Shown: positions 24,053 through 37,253, counted from the first letter of the whole stretch. The stretch: 63,011 nucleotides of DNA, filler included, from Globobulimina sp. (GCA_003354225.1; 42 parts of 42 records of this genome joined end to end with filler, not necessarily neighbours in it); one strand, 5' to 3'. Numbers and translations: made by a program. Notes: generated from the sequence alone by a model not told the origin.

Positions 24053-25455
24053 CGTCATGAGATGATACTCCTTTTACAACGATGCATCTTGATATCGATA
24101 CAAATGATAGCTTATTTTGGGACAGCCACAGTGTCCATTGTTATGGTTGGCCAATTACCGGACAGCACTAAATTTCTGGCTGGTGTCGGTCTATCACGTA
24201 CGTTTTTATATATACCGCAAAACGTTAAATTTTATATATAAATATATAATATGATGTTAATCAAAGGCACATTTGTAAATGTAACCGGTACTGCTATGTC
24301 TTGGGGTATGCTTCATTTTTTATTTAATTTTTATAATGATGATGGGGAGAAATTTTGTATACAAATTATATACAGGATTTACCACCCCATTGTTCACATT
24401 AATTCCGCAGTCAATCGGTGCTGGACATACTAATTTGGTATGTATTCATATACAAAGAGCAGTCCACATTGTTACAATCATCGCAGCATTATTATCAATC
24501 ATCCAACTCTTTGCTGGTAAGTACATGCACATAATATCCATTATAACTACGTACACTCTGTTTTCTTTTATTTATAATTATAATTGTCAGGTAATATAAT
24601 GACACAAGTCGGAGAACCAAGCTCATTGTCAACAATAATTAATACATACTGCAGATTGTTGATACCGTACATATTCTTATCATGTTATGGGGCCATATTA
24701 AGCCGATTAGCACAATCATTAGATTTTAATTTTGAATTAGCGTTTTGTTCATTGCTAATGTTAATATCTTCAGTTCCTTTAACAATATTATTTATGTACG
24801 TACTCGATTGCGGATATTACGGTGCTGCATTGGGTCAATGTTGCGCTATCTTAATATATGTTATCTCAATAGTTTCTGTGTTGGTTTATAAAGGATATGG
24901 TTATGTTTTTAAACCCATTCCAATGTCAATAATATGGACTAGAAAGGCAATAATAGATTATATATATCTGGCCATTCCTGGTTTATTTCAAAATGCATTT
25001 GAGTGGATCATCCAGGAAGTGGCTGTAATTTTATCCGGATATATTTTGCATCCACAGATTGCTTTAAGTTCCACAGTTATCCTATCAAACATATCTGGCA
25101 TTATTTTGGCAGTTTCTATCGGAATTTCAAATGCAACTAATTTAAGGGTCGGGAAATATATAGGTAAAGGAACTGCAGCTCACGCAAAACGAGCAGCAAT
25201 TTGTGGGTTTACTGTAGCATTTTGTGCAATGATCATCATTGCATGCATATTGATTATAGGAAGAGATTATATCCCAAGCATATATACGCACAATTATGAT
25301 ACAATACATTTAACATCAAAAATAATATTAATTTTGTGTATATTTGGTTGTGGCTGTGTGGCGTTACAAACTCTTGGTGGTATTTATCGGGGTTTAGCAC
25401 TTCAAAAAATATCTGCAATATTTGTATTTGGATCGTATTGGGTCATTGCTTTACC
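24053..25455 (+). CDS. MATE family efflux transporter, several introns, partial
   Basis: LAGVGLSRT..NVTG, GYYGAALG, LAIPG..QNAFEW, SNATNLRVGKYIG, GIYRGLALQK. Confidence 0.9.
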
Positions 25456-25555
25456 NNNNNNNNNNNNNNNNNNNNNNNNNNNNNNNNNNNNNNNNNNNNT
25501 TAATTAATTAANNNNNNNNNNNNNNNNNNNNNNNNNNNNNNNNNNNNNNNNNNNN

Positions 25556-26828
25556 TTATTCCATTTCTATTGTTGATATTAAGAATATATTATATAGATA
25601 CTATCCGAAATCCGCCACTGCAAAATGGAAACTGATACAAAAATATGTCAAGTATGCATATAACGGTGATAGCAGACATCGTGTTGAGTTGAATAATTAT
25701 ATTTATAATGGCCATTTTGAAGAAAATCCTTCATCAACAAATTCCACAACACACCGTTCGTCAGCCATTATGCGTCGAAATAGCAGTATTCGCAGCAAAC
25801 ATTTATTTGACAATACCCGAAAAGCAACAATAATAAATGTCCCTCTTCCTCTCCCTCCTCCATCTCCGCCACCACATAGAAGCGAAGCGGATGAAAATAA
25901 TATCAAAATTGAAGATATTTGCAGTAACAGTACAAGAACGCGAACACGACGAAAAGTGTCAATTCTGAATAAAATGCGTTCTAAAATTATGATGCGTTCA
26001 GACAGCGGTGCAAGAGATGCGGTGGTAATTACGCATTCGGAGAAACATAATAAGTTATCAACGCCAAGGCTTTCTTCCATACAACAATTGCAACGTAGTT
26101 CGCGAATACAAACAACACCTTCCGTTTCCAAATATAAATTGCCGCCAACAAAAATGCATCAAATACAAACAAATTCAACAAATGATACTTGTTTGGGTGA
26201 TGAATTAAAAAAGAAGCCTTCATCAATAAGGTCTCGATCGCAATATTCAGGTCTTTCTACTATTAACGGTTCAGAATGCAGTTTCTCATCAATTTCAAGT
26301 GATATTTGTGATGAGCTCGAGTCGAGTTTTGATGATATGGAAGACAATGAACTGTTGCGGGCGTGTACTGATTCAAAACAAGAAAACAACTTTAGATCTG
26401 CAACGAAGAAGAAACGAAATAAGAAGAAAAAGCGAATTAAATGCAAATTCAATGTGCCGCAAGGTAGAAACGCTACGAATGTAAGCCGTTTTAGTGCAAT
26501 GACACCAGGGCCTGATGAGACTCATGAGAGTGATGATGATTATGATCATAGGAAGCTAACGAAAATGTTATCTTCAGCATCAGTATTATTAGCTGCATTG
26601 CATTCAAGTGGTGCCGGTAAGGAGGATGTGAAAAATGGCCTGCAAGTAAATAAATATAATGTGGATAACGACATCGGTGCTGATAAACACAATCAAAATG
26701 TATTTTTGGTGAGTTCAAATTATGACGATAACTTAACCGAAATTTATGAAACGAGTAACGATGAAATACAACCGATATTTATACCAATCGCAGAGAAGGT
26801 CTTGCAACAAAATGAAAATATTTCTTAA
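25556..26828 (+). CDS. Ser-rich, probably disordered protein C-terminus
   Basis: 379-aa open frame, low complexity; no family recognised. Confidence 0.55.
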
Positions 26829-27180
26829 TATTTTGTATCGTTTATTCAATGTTTTATGATTATGTTTCACTCACTCAACTGACTCAAGTGTCTTTAATTT
26901 GAGATCTAGACGCGACAATATGTCATTGTCATAACTATGTTTGTATTTGAAGCACGCANNNNNNNNNNNNNNNNNNNNNNNNNNNNNNNNNNNNNNNNNN
27001 NNTTAATTAATTAANNNNNNNNNNNNNNNNNNNNNNNNNNNNNNNNNNNNNNNNNNNNTATCCGATATCACATCTCGTGATCACGTTATCCGGTATCACC
27101 GTTGCGTTATCAGTGCAAAGTGTTATCGAAAACGTAGCCACGCACAAGTGTCAAAATGGTGTTCTAACCACCTATCAACA

Positions 27181-28384
27181 CTACGGTGCGGTTGCTTTCC
27201 CAAAGAGAGGGATAAATCCATGTTTCTGGCATTTCTTGTATTTTTTTGTAACATCCTTAATATATGTATTTGGTATGCCTTTTTTCCAATTTTCAATTGC
27301 TGTCAGAATACAGTCTTTTTCGCTTTGGTGTGTTGCTTCATGATTTACATTGAATACACCTGAATTAAATTTCCAAATACAATCAGAAAACTCAAATCCT
27401 GCTCCAATAACGTTCCGTCTATCAAGATCTTCACCAAATATTGATTTAAAACATGCGCCATGCAGCATTTCTGCTCCTTGGATATGTTGAATATTTTTGA
27501 TATTTTTTAAGAAAATATGACCAGATTTGCAATGAATACCATTTAATTCCCAATCCTGTTTACCACCGTATAAATATAATATAATTCCTGCCATGTTTGC
27601 ATTTGAAAATTTATCTGATTTGCGTGAAACATGAAACAATGCTATTTTCACTGTGTTACCATGTTTGTATGACCACGGATCAAAAGTGATATTTTCCAGA
27701 CATTTGTCATATTTACATGGAGGTATACCACCTCTTAATCTTAATACTAAATGTAATGTTGAGTTATGTTTAATAATATAATCCGATAAAGTACGACCAT
27801 TTTCTAACTGCTTTCCTGTGAATATTAATCTTTGTTGCTGCACAGGTATAGCTTTTTCAATATAGATCTTTGCCTTCACAATTTGGACTGTATCACTTGG
27901 TTCGACATACAATGTGATTGTCTCTCCTGTTAATGTTTTAACATATATTTTGTTGGAACCTTTTGCATATTGCCACCATTGTTTATACTCATCTTCTAAT
28001 TGGCAACCTGGACATTGCTGTTTCATTGCTTGTGGCATTATGTTAATATTATTATTATTTTTTTCCTCATCAGAATTTTTATTTATTTTCATGTCATTGG
28101 CTGGATTTAATTTTGCCTTTTTCTGTGCATTTAACCATTGCATAAAGAGAGCTCTGTCTCCAATTTTGGATATTAAATCTTTGACATCATCTTTCTGTAC
28201 AGATTAATTTGTTGTAAATTTTAAAAGGAAAAGACGTTTCTGTTGTTATAGGGTAAAATAATACAGTCGTACACACCTCCAAACATAGTACAACAGCATC
28301 AGTGACATTGTTTTCAACGAATTTTGGAAAATATGCGTCATACATTTGTAAATTCGTTAAACAAGTAATAACTTCTTTGAACAT
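27181..28384 (-). CDS. SAM domain - ubiquitin-like domain - uncharacterised C-terminal domain fusion; intron 28195-28276
   Basis: Spliced SAM-like [49 protein letters not shown]...[11 protein letters not shown]. Confidence 0.85.
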
Positions 28385-28763
28385 CTCATTTTGATGTGGT
28401 ATAACCAAGACTTGAATATGAACCAACCATAAACATTCACAAATATTAAATATGTATGTAANNNNNNNNNNNNNNNNNNNNNNNNNNNNNNNNNNNNNNN
28501 NNNNNTTAATTAATTAANNNNNNNNNNNNNNNNNNNNNNNNNNNNNNNNNNNNNNNNNNNNTAGTAGTGTTTTTAGTATGTTTGTATTTTTGCTTATTGT
28601 TTCTAATTTTTTATTTTCAAAGTATGCATACCATACAATACATCATCAACAACATCACAAAAAAATAGTACTAGTATACGCGAAGATGGTTCGACAAAAT
28701 TAAAAAGCAATTAATTTATTTAAAAGTTTTCAGTTTGACTGTTTGATTGCTATTAAAAAAAGA

Positions 28764-29174
28764 ATGACGTATTGTCAAAGGACAGTGGGAGTCAGGACCA
28801 AAGGGAGAGGCGTATATGATATAACATCAAAAATTGAACAGATTAAGGAATTATCTCGGTTACAAGTTGGTTTATGTCATGTGTTTATAAAACATACATC
28901 AGCATCAATCACCTTATCCAAAAAATATGCGCAGGATAATATGGAAATTAAATTGTTTAATAAACTCGTCCCAGAAAGACGTGATTACATACATAATTAT
29001 GAAGGCTCCGATGATATGCCAGCACATGGAAAATGTGTGTTAGTTGGATCGCAATTCACTGTTCCAATTACGAATGGAAAGTTAGCATTGGGAAAAGATC
29101 AATCAATTTGGTTATGCGAACATAGGAACCACGTTTATTCGCGAAATGTGATTGTTACCATCAGTGGTTACTGA
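28764..29174 (+). CDS. YjbQ/UPF0047 family protein
   Basis: HTSASITL, HNYEGSDDMPAH, GKLALGKDQSIWLCEHR. Confidence 0.88.
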   Translation: MTYCQRTVGVRTKGRGVYDITSKIEQIKELSRLQVGLCHVFIKHTSASITLSKKYAQDNMEIKLFNKLVPERRDYIHNYEGSDDMPAHGKCVLVGSQFTVPITNGKLALGKDQSIWLCEHRNHVYSRNVIVTISGY

Positions 29175-29261
29175 TTCCTTGCACATTCAGTTACTGTCTG
29201 AACTCAAGCTAAAAAATGGCAACAAACAAAATAAATGCATAACATTAATTAAAAGGAGCAC

Positions 29262-29789
29262 TCACAACGAATCCAACGAATCGTCGGTATTGCAATAAAA
29301 CTTATAAGCGCTTAATATCTTTTTTTGTGTTCGTAAACCTGGCGGGAAATCATATGACGAATACAATATATGTGCTTGCGATGTAATATTAAAAATATCT
29401 CTCTTTGGTTCAATATGAAATAAATCCATTCTTTCAATATCCACCATGACAAAATAAAAAATATCCTCATTCTGATCAGTATCATCCTCTTGAATCAAAA
29501 AGCATAACTCATACAAACTCCTTTTAGACCGTGGCCAGCCACAATTAATTCCATTGGCTTTGATTCCTTCCATTTTCATTGCAAATCGCACCACTAACTT
29601 CTCGTTAATCTTCCGATGTAATAAGGCTTGGATCACTGGCACAGCATCAAATAACTCATAATTTTTATATAATTTATCATCATTATCGATAAATAATAAT
29701 ATGCTCACTCCATAACTGCCCCACGTACCATTACAGGCTTGTTTATTGGCATAGATCTCCATAATACAAATATCGCCATCTGCCCCCAA
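29262..29789 (-). CDS. Hypothetical protein
   Basis: 175-aa ORF convergent with the YjbQ gene. Confidence 0.45.
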   Translation of the reverse strand: MGADGDICIMEIYANKQACNGTWGSYGVSILLFIDNDDKLYKNYELFDAVPVIQALLHRKINEKLVVRFAMKMEGIKANGINCGWPRSKRSLYELCFLIQEDDTDQNEDIFYFVMVDIERMDLFHIEPKRDIFNITSQAHILYSSYDFPPGLRTQKKILSAYKFYCNTDDSLDSL

Positions 29790-30064
29790 TACCTTTCAAA
29801 AACGGTTTTAATTTGTGTGATTTTCAAAAATTAGTAAAAAAAATGCAAACCTGACCAAACACCGATAGCACGATCGCTTTTGTAAATTTATGATAGGGGA
29901 ATTTGTGACCGATATATTGTTTATCGAATGACACATCAAATTGTAAATGTGTCCCTTTTCTTTTNNNNNNNNNNNNNNNNNNNNNNNNNNNNNNNNNNNN
30001 NNNNNNNNTTAATTAATTAANNNNNNNNNNNNNNNNNNNNNNNNNNNNNNNNNNNNNNNNNNNN

Positions 30065-30708
30065 GCGAAGTGGATGAAATCTTCGAGTTTCCCTCCTTTA
30101 AATGTACGCAGGAGAAGCAAGAGTTGGTGCGGACCACCATCAGATATTTGGAGTCTGCCGTACAGGAAACGATAACCAGCTTATTGGCGCACAAAAGCTG
30201 CAGCAAACACAAGAAGTTGAATGCCGACGCGGCGAGGGAGATCAGTGTGAAATGTGTGCGCCAGGCACTGATCAGTTTGTGTCAGGAGTTCGTCAACGAT
30301 CCGTACTTTGCGTACTTGAAACAGAGCTGCGAGCTCTTCAACTTACAGCCCACTGATATCGGTTTGATAGGCAGCCAGGAAGTGAGCAGCATAAAGTCGT
30401 GGACGCCGAGGCTGTGCATCAATATTACGGGCAATCGGATCTATACGCACATTGTGCGCGTGTTTCAGTGTTATGAGTTGAACGGCATTGAGGCCATTGA
30501 GACGCAGATTTATTTCGGGTTCAAGCGGACGTATTCTGTGGACTGTTTAGGTGGGCCGCCCGTCATTTTGCCGCCCATTTTTTTGGCGCATGATAAAGGC
30601 AAAGAGGTTGCGTATCAGATATCCATTCCGAAGGAGAAAGTGTTGGACAGCATTTATTTGGACAATGTGATACCGACTGCGGAAGATTTTATTCCGACGA
30701 AGGACTGA
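30065..30708 (+). CDS. Hypothetical protein, 5' partial, higher GC
   Basis: Open frame to the stop at 30708, followed by a T-rich UTR-like stretch. Confidence 0.55.
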
Positions 30709-30913
30709 TTTTTATTTTTTATGTTTATGATTTTTTTTGTGATTATTTTTTTTCCGACTTTTTGTTATGCGGATTTTCAATTTTTGTTCATAATTGTCTT
30801 TTTTTTTCGTCTTTTTTTTGTGATTTCATATGGTAAGAAGTTGAAAAGTGTTTCTTATCCTTGCACATTATAATAGTTATAGCTAGCTTTTTTTTTTGCA
30901 ATCTTGATGTAGT

Positions 30914-31354
30914 TTATTGTTTGTGTCGTTTTTTGGGGATTTGAACACCACGCGGATGACGTGTCCGTCGTCTAACTTTGACCCACATCATTACTCTATG
31001 TCCAGCGTATTTTGTTTTTTTGGATAATGTGACTCTTAATCCATGTTGTTTTAATCTTCGGTTCCAATTTTTCATATAGGCTCTGTTGTAAAATGTTCCG
31101 GATGATAGATAATCCATAATAGTGGATGGGGAGACTTGATTTAGATTTATGTTTTCAGAGCCAATTAAACATGGATTCAATTGTAACTGACTCTGAGGCA
31201 AATATGGATTTGGAAAATTATTGAAATTGCTCATAATTCCTGTTTGATTCAAAATATGTGATATAACGCACAAATTAGATGACTTGGGATGACCAGATAT
31301 AATATATCTTGAGAGCAAAGTCAGAAGACTCATGATGCTGACTGACACAAGCAA
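30914..31354 (-). CDS. Hypothetical protein
   Basis: 146-aa ORF with basic C-terminus; start uncertain. Confidence 0.35.
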   Translation of the reverse strand: MLVSVSIMSLLTLLSRYIISGHPKSSNLCVISHILNQTGIMSNFNNFPNPYLPQSQLQLNPCLIGSENINLNQVSPSTIMDYLSSGTFYNRAYMKNWNRRLKQHGLRVTLSKKTKYAGHRVMMWVKVRRRTRHPRGVQIPKKRHKQ

Positions 31355-33142
31355 TATGAGAGCAAGCAGTTTTTTCGGCGATTAGAAGAATGGCAAGGCA
31401 AGAACGAATGTTAGAAAAGTTAGAAACGATATATCTATGGTCGGACTTGGAGATAGTTTCTGTTCAANNNNNNNNNNNNNNNNNNNNNNNNNNNNNNNNN
31501 NNNNNNNNNNNTTAATTAATTAANNNNNNNNNNNNNNNNNNNNNNNNNNNNNNNNNNNNNNNNNNNNCACGAATCATGCTGACCGATTATATTAAACCGT
31601 ATATACTAGTAACGAAGTCTCGAATATGGATGTATTGTGATAAAAACAGTTTACCGGAGGATTCTTCGATGAGTTATACCAATTTTGTGAAAAAAGTTTG
31701 AGTAAAATTGACCACCTTATGGAGTGAAATAGAATTTTGGAGCCGTTTTTAATACCTCTGAGAGCTTCGAGACCGCAGACTCTACCGCTATACTGTAACA
31801 TAGGGAAAGGCTCCCCCCGAGGAAATGTCGAGCAGAAAACCATCAAAACTTCCAGGTTTTGGCCCAAAACTACCCAAATGCAAAAGACCCCAGGTCAACT
31901 GACTCGGCGACCGAGAAAAAAGCTTGACAGACAGAATACTGAAATCGTAGTATATATAGCACGAACCACACCCCTCCAAGATAATAAAGTAAAAATTATG
32001 CTTATTCACCCGTAGAGTTCACTCACCAGAATAGACAATAATACAAGGTGCCTAGTTAAATAATTATAATGCAACATTACTCGTTATCGGTGGCCAGTTT
32101 GGTATATGTTTCATCACAACCGTTATTAGCCGGATACGACCGGTTTTAGCCCATTAAAAAAGGTATGACGATTACGCCCTTCTCCTTTTAACCCGCCAAA
32201 AAAAAGGTATAACGATTACCCCCTTCTCCTATTTTTTTACACCCGATTAGGCTTACTAAAGTGATTGAACTAGACCAAATATTGTTTGCATATACCCTGT
32301 TTCAGTCAAAAAGTGTAATTTTCAAAGAATAGCCAACTAATACCCCCATTAAAGAGTTCAAAGACTATTATTGAACAGAACATTTAAAGGTATATATATA
32401 TATAACAACGATATTATTAACGCGCCACCTGTTACACTAACAGCAGCGATTATATATGAAATGATGAATAATGTTGCACGATAGTAAGATTAAAGAGTCC
32501 CATTTTCACGCAATGTTCGCAATTCCCTAGTTATTCTATCATATTTTAGAACTATAATTTCTAAAATCTGCTATTATATTTTACACTGATTCCTACATAA
32601 AGACGATACGGTGTCCATATCAATCTGTATCGATAATGAAGGTTGCCTTATTTCCAAATTTTATTAATTCAAACGTTATTAACCGTACATGACCAGTTTT
32701 GCTCGATAACGTTTCAATCCAACCACTCTATTACACACAGCGCCGAATATAATAATAAACCAGTATTTATATGTTAAGTCTCAAATATGCCCGTATTGAC
32801 AAGAGTAAAAGATGGAAAGTTAAATAACCTGTTTTATAATGCTACTTCTCATTTCAGATAGGCTGATAACTGGCTTGTTTCCAAACATGTCAAACAACCC
32901 ACTGTTTCGATTTGTAGAAGATGGTAAAAGTGCTGATGTAATGCTAAATTCTGATGGAAAATGTGCTAAANNNNNNNNNNNNNNNNNNNNNNNNNNNNNN
33001 NNNNNNNNNNNNNNTTAATTAATTAANNNNNNNNNNNNNNNNNNNNNNNNNNNNNNNNNNNNNNNNNNNNGGAATACCGTCAGAATATTATTATTATGAT
33101 ATATTTGACCAAGAAATAAGTAAAAAATATATTCAGTGGACA

Positions 33143-33980
33143 ATGCGAAAAGGCTCAATTAATAAAAAAAACAGATTAGCAACACACACAAAAACAGTAC
33201 AAATTGGATCAAGAAAAGTCAATCTTGTGACAGCGTATAGGTTTGGAATAATCGATGCGTCGCATGAAGAGGGATGGGATATGTATGAAAATCTAAGCAC
33301 ACAAACAGAATATAACAAATTGGCAAATGCATTTGATGCATGTGTCCGTTGTGTAAGATCTGAACCAAATCGTGCTAAACGCGCATGTAACATATTAACA
33401 AAAAGCGAAAAAAGAGATAACGTATGGTATGGAATAAAACCAATAGGAAAAGGTTATGAAAAATCAAAAAAATCGGAGTTAACGTTGGATGATCAAATCG
33501 CAACAATTTTAAAGTAAAATACCAATAAAAATGCAATAGTTTGACACACAATAACAACATGATACTATTTGTCAAACTATTGCATTTATATATATTGTAT
33601 TATGTATTATGTTAAGAATTGGTGATAAGTTAATTAAAAAAATTAGAGGAGACGGATATCATATTACTTGTATCCAGTTAATTGGATATGGCAGACGGAC
33701 CTATAAATGTCCTCATTTTGATGGGCAATATATGACAAACAATGAAGAGGTCTGGGGATACACATTGGATAATGGTAAAAATATGAGTGTTGGATCTACG
33801 ATGCATTACGGATATCCCTCAAATAAATGGACATTGTTAAAAAATGCAAAAGGAACACTTTATAGAATGAGAGGAAAATTTTTATGGTGGTATTGGCATT
33901 CGATACAAAGAATTGCTGTGAAAAGGAACAGAACTATAATGTTTAGATGTGCCTCAATATCAAAACGGAAAAGCAAGTAA
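33143..33980 (+). CDS. AlkB-like 2OG-Fe(II) dioxygenase; intron 33514-33616
   Basis: PHFDG (HxD), LYRMRGKFLWWYWHSI (distal His), RTIMFR; splicing joins the two ORFs in frame. Confidence 0.7.
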
Positions 33981-34578
33981 ATATATTGTTTGCGCACTTG
34001 ACTTAACATATCGACACTTTTCATAAACATAAGATATCACAGAAAGATCACGTCCAATATCAAATATGCAACATTGGCTTTATGTGACCGACGGGCCGTG
34101 ATACATATGTTTAGAGATAGGGAACTTTATACAGTGTCGTAACCAGACCACGTCCCATGAAAAACATAGGTATTATGTGAGCGAGGGCTTCGACATAAAG
34201 TTCAATGACAGTTAATCATCGGATATTTCTTTTATTGATCGATGTCCGTAATATTTATACTATGCACCAACCGAATTATTTGTTCGTTATAAATAGCAAT
34301 GTCGACCATATTGAACAGATGAAATATATTCAGCTTGTTACGTTTGTGTTGTGTGCGCTGTTTGTATCGGTGGCTGTAATGCGCGGATTTGTGACTGCAG
34401 TACTAGTGTTTATTTAAATTCTTCTCATATTGCATGTTGACTGCATACAATTAATGTCTGCCAATCTGAACAANNNNNNNNNNNNNNNNNNNNNNNNNNN
34501 NNNNNNNNNNNNNNNNNTTAATTAATTAANNNNNNNNNNNNNNNNNNNNNNNNNNNNNNNNNNNNNNNNNNNNTCAGT

Positions 34579-35901
34579 TTATCCATAAACCCAATCCACA
34601 AGATCGATTCTATGCGTTGGTGTAATTAATTTGTTATCAGCCGTAAATGAATAACCCTTCCAATCAGTTGGTCTGTAATGCAAAAAGGTATTGACCCATG
34701 ATGTGCCATTATAAGTATGAGGTCTGCCATGAATCAGTTTCGCAGATTCATAAAAAGTCATACTGCACATTTCATCCTCAATGTGATATCTTTTGCCATC
34801 CCATCCAACCACCTCAATTGGCCACGACTCATCCACTGGTTCATGATAACTATGTAATATCGCACTTATAATATGCGTCTCAACTCTGTCACAATGTGTT
34901 TTCAATACTGCACCTTTTACATACTCCCTCATGCCATAAATGGTCGAATATTGTAATTTCACCCCACTCCATTCTTCCAACATAGGTTGCAACAACTCTC
35001 CAATCCATCGTTTCTTAGCTGGAGGAATATGCGCCATAAAACTAGGTATTTCGCGAGTATTTATCTGTGTACCATCGATTGGAAACCCTTCCACTTTTTT
35101 GTTACCTTTCAAAAAAGTATCTGCATGCAACTGTGTTAAATACTCGCAAATCTCTGCCGGCATGGCAAGATATTTAAAACCTTTCTCAGTAAAACTAGGT
35201 AAAAACTGCGGAGTGCGGACATTATTCAAGTATCGCCTACGAGTGCTCCAATCGCGGTTATTCCGCAACTGTACTTTATCTGCCATCATTTTGGCATATT
35301 TTGCATCGTCCATAACGTTTTTATCATTGGTTTGCACAATTTCATAACTCAAACTGACAGTATCTAACAAGTATCTGTTCACCACATTATTATCATTGTC
35401 TACCACCACTATGGTATCTCCAGCATGTAACACTGTGCCAATGTCAGTGGGAGTCAAGCTTATGGATTCTAGCGGGGGTATTTGAGCAAGTACTGCTTGG
35501 TTGACAATATCTGTTGAATGCGAATCAACGGATTTAATAATTAAAGCGACTTGTTTGTGCAAAGTGTTTTTAAATGAAAGTACTTCATTGAGAGCTAAAA
35601 GGGACCACACCCAATCAATAACTGCTGCGTCTAATGATGGATTGTAAGTTATTATAGGTTTGTTCCAATCTGCAGGTTGGAATAAAATGGTTGGACACCA
35701 ATTATTAGCATCGGTTGTGGTTATATTGTATCTAATAAATAAATCCATTAATTCTGGGTACCATTGGTACCAAATGTCGGAGGCTTTGAGGCGATCGAAT
35801 GCTGCGAGTGTAATGGTGTATGAATTTGGCAAGTTTTGGGTGTTTGCGTTGGTGAAACCTAATGTGTTGGATAATGTATCTTTGCATCGTGTTTCATACA
35901 A
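34579..35901 (-). CDS. 2OG-Fe(II) oxygenase (prolyl-hydroxylase-like, protist type)
   Basis: YGMREY..GAVLKTHCDRVETHIISAIL...WPIEV...FYESAKLIHGRP...NTFLHYRP. Confidence 0.85.
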   Translation of the reverse strand: MYETRCKDTLSNTLGFTNANTQNLPNSYTITLAAFDRLKASDIWYQWYPELMDLFIRYNITTTDANNWCPTILFQPADWNKPIITYNPSLDAAVIDWVWSLLALNEVLSFKNTLHKQVALIIKSVDSHSTDIVNQAVLAQIPPLESISLTPTDIGTVLHAGDTIVVVDNDNNVVNRYLLDTVSLSYEIVQTNDKNVMDDAKYAKMMADKVQLRNNRDWSTRRRYLNNVRTPQFLPSFTEKGFKYLAMPAEICEYLTQLHADTFLKGNKKVEGFPIDGTQINTREIPSFMAHIPPAKKRWIGELLQPMLEEWSGVKLQYSTIYGMREYVKGAVLKTHCDRVETHIISAILHSYHEPVDESWPIEVVGWDGKRYHIEDEMCSMTFYESAKLIHGRPHTYNGTSWVNTFLHYRPTDWKGYSFTADNKLITPTHRIDLVDWVYG

Positions 35902-36075
35902 AGCAATGATAGCTGGTGTTCGTGCGGGAACAGACTTTGCATGATTTGTTTTTTTTTGCGATTTAAATATTATGANNNNNNNNNNNNNNNNNNNNNNNNN
36001 NNNNNNNNNNNNNNNNNNNTTAATTAATTAANNNNNNNNNNNNNNNNNNNNNNNNNNNNNNNNNNNNNNNNNNNN

Positions 36076-36570
36076 AAGCCGCTACACCAACACCAGTTCC
36101 TATAGCCGCTGCATGGTGGGCGACTAAACTAACTCCCAAAATGCTTACTGTTTTAACAGCAACACCTCCTGCAGCAGCAGCTGGAGCGGCAGCAACTCCT
36201 CCGGTTAGAGCACTAATTGCAACAACAGCAAATATAATAAGTGATATAACAGCTGCAGCACTCACGGCAATTGCAAGTCCCTTCAAAATACTTATGCCTG
36301 CATTTTTGACTGTTTTTTTAAATGTTTCAATTTCTCTTTCCAACTTGTTTGTTGCTTCTAAATATATCACACAACAAATACATAACTAACATAAGTGAGT
36401 GCAGAATTTGATGTACCTGCAATTTGACACAAATGGCGGCCCAGTCTTGATGCAATGATTGTAACTCATCGATTTTTATCCATGTCCCCAACGACTCAAT
36501 ACATTCTTTATGTGCTCGCATATCATCATCACTCAATTCACCATTATTTCCCTCCGCTAATTGAATAATC
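36076..36570 (-). CDS. Hypothetical protein with Gly/Ala-rich hydrophobic C-terminus, intron-containing, partial
   Basis: Exon-like ORFs 36327-36536 and 36076-36370 separated by a GT-AG segment. Confidence 0.45.
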
Positions 36571-36917
36571 TAAATATATAACGAAGAGAAATTCATCATC
36601 ATCTTCCGTGTTTTTTTGTCATTCTACTTTATAACCTGGCATAGATGGAGCCATTATGAGGCTATGGCAAGCAAATATAAGTGCCATGGACAAATAATTA
36701 CGAAGCAGATTTTTGAATTTTTGCTTCCTTTGTGCTTTTTTTTTCCCCTTTAACATTCCCTTTGTCTATACCATATCTCATAATCGGCGCCATTCTAAAA
36801 ATAGATTCTCATAAGTCATAACCGAGCAAAAATGCCATTATAGAGTATGCAATTCTGCCATTGTTGGTGATTGGTGATGATGTTAGTTGTTGTGAAAACT
36901 TTGAGTGAGATTGTTAC

Positions 36918-37075
36918 TGTTGGTGAGTTTACGGTGAATTTTATGGTGAGTTTATGGTGCATTTATAGAGAATTTAGTGAGTTTATGGTGAGTTTATGGT
37001 GAATTTTAAAGTGAGTTTTAGAAGAATTTCATGGTCAATTTATAGTAAATATATATATGGTTATTTTATGGCACA
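36918..37075. repeat. Degenerate 11-bp tandem repeat (GGTGAGTTTAT)
   Basis: More than 10 imperfect copies visible. Confidence 0.75.
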
Positions 37076-37253
37076 TTTTATTAAATTAATTGGATTGGAT
37101 TAAATTAGGATTTAATATGAATTTAATTAATTTAATATATTTCAACATAATTTAATATTAATTTAATAATTTAATGCACTGTATTTTGGCCGCAATTTTG
37201 GATGAGATTTTGGAACAAATGAGAGGATATTTTCTGCAGTGACCTCGATCCTA

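Noticed and set aside
31592..32015. Three short overlapping ORFs
   Set aside because: No recognisable motifs or coding pattern; likely non-coding
36918..37075. G/T-rich repeat as a telomere
   Set aside because: Internal, degenerate 11-mer, not at a contig end
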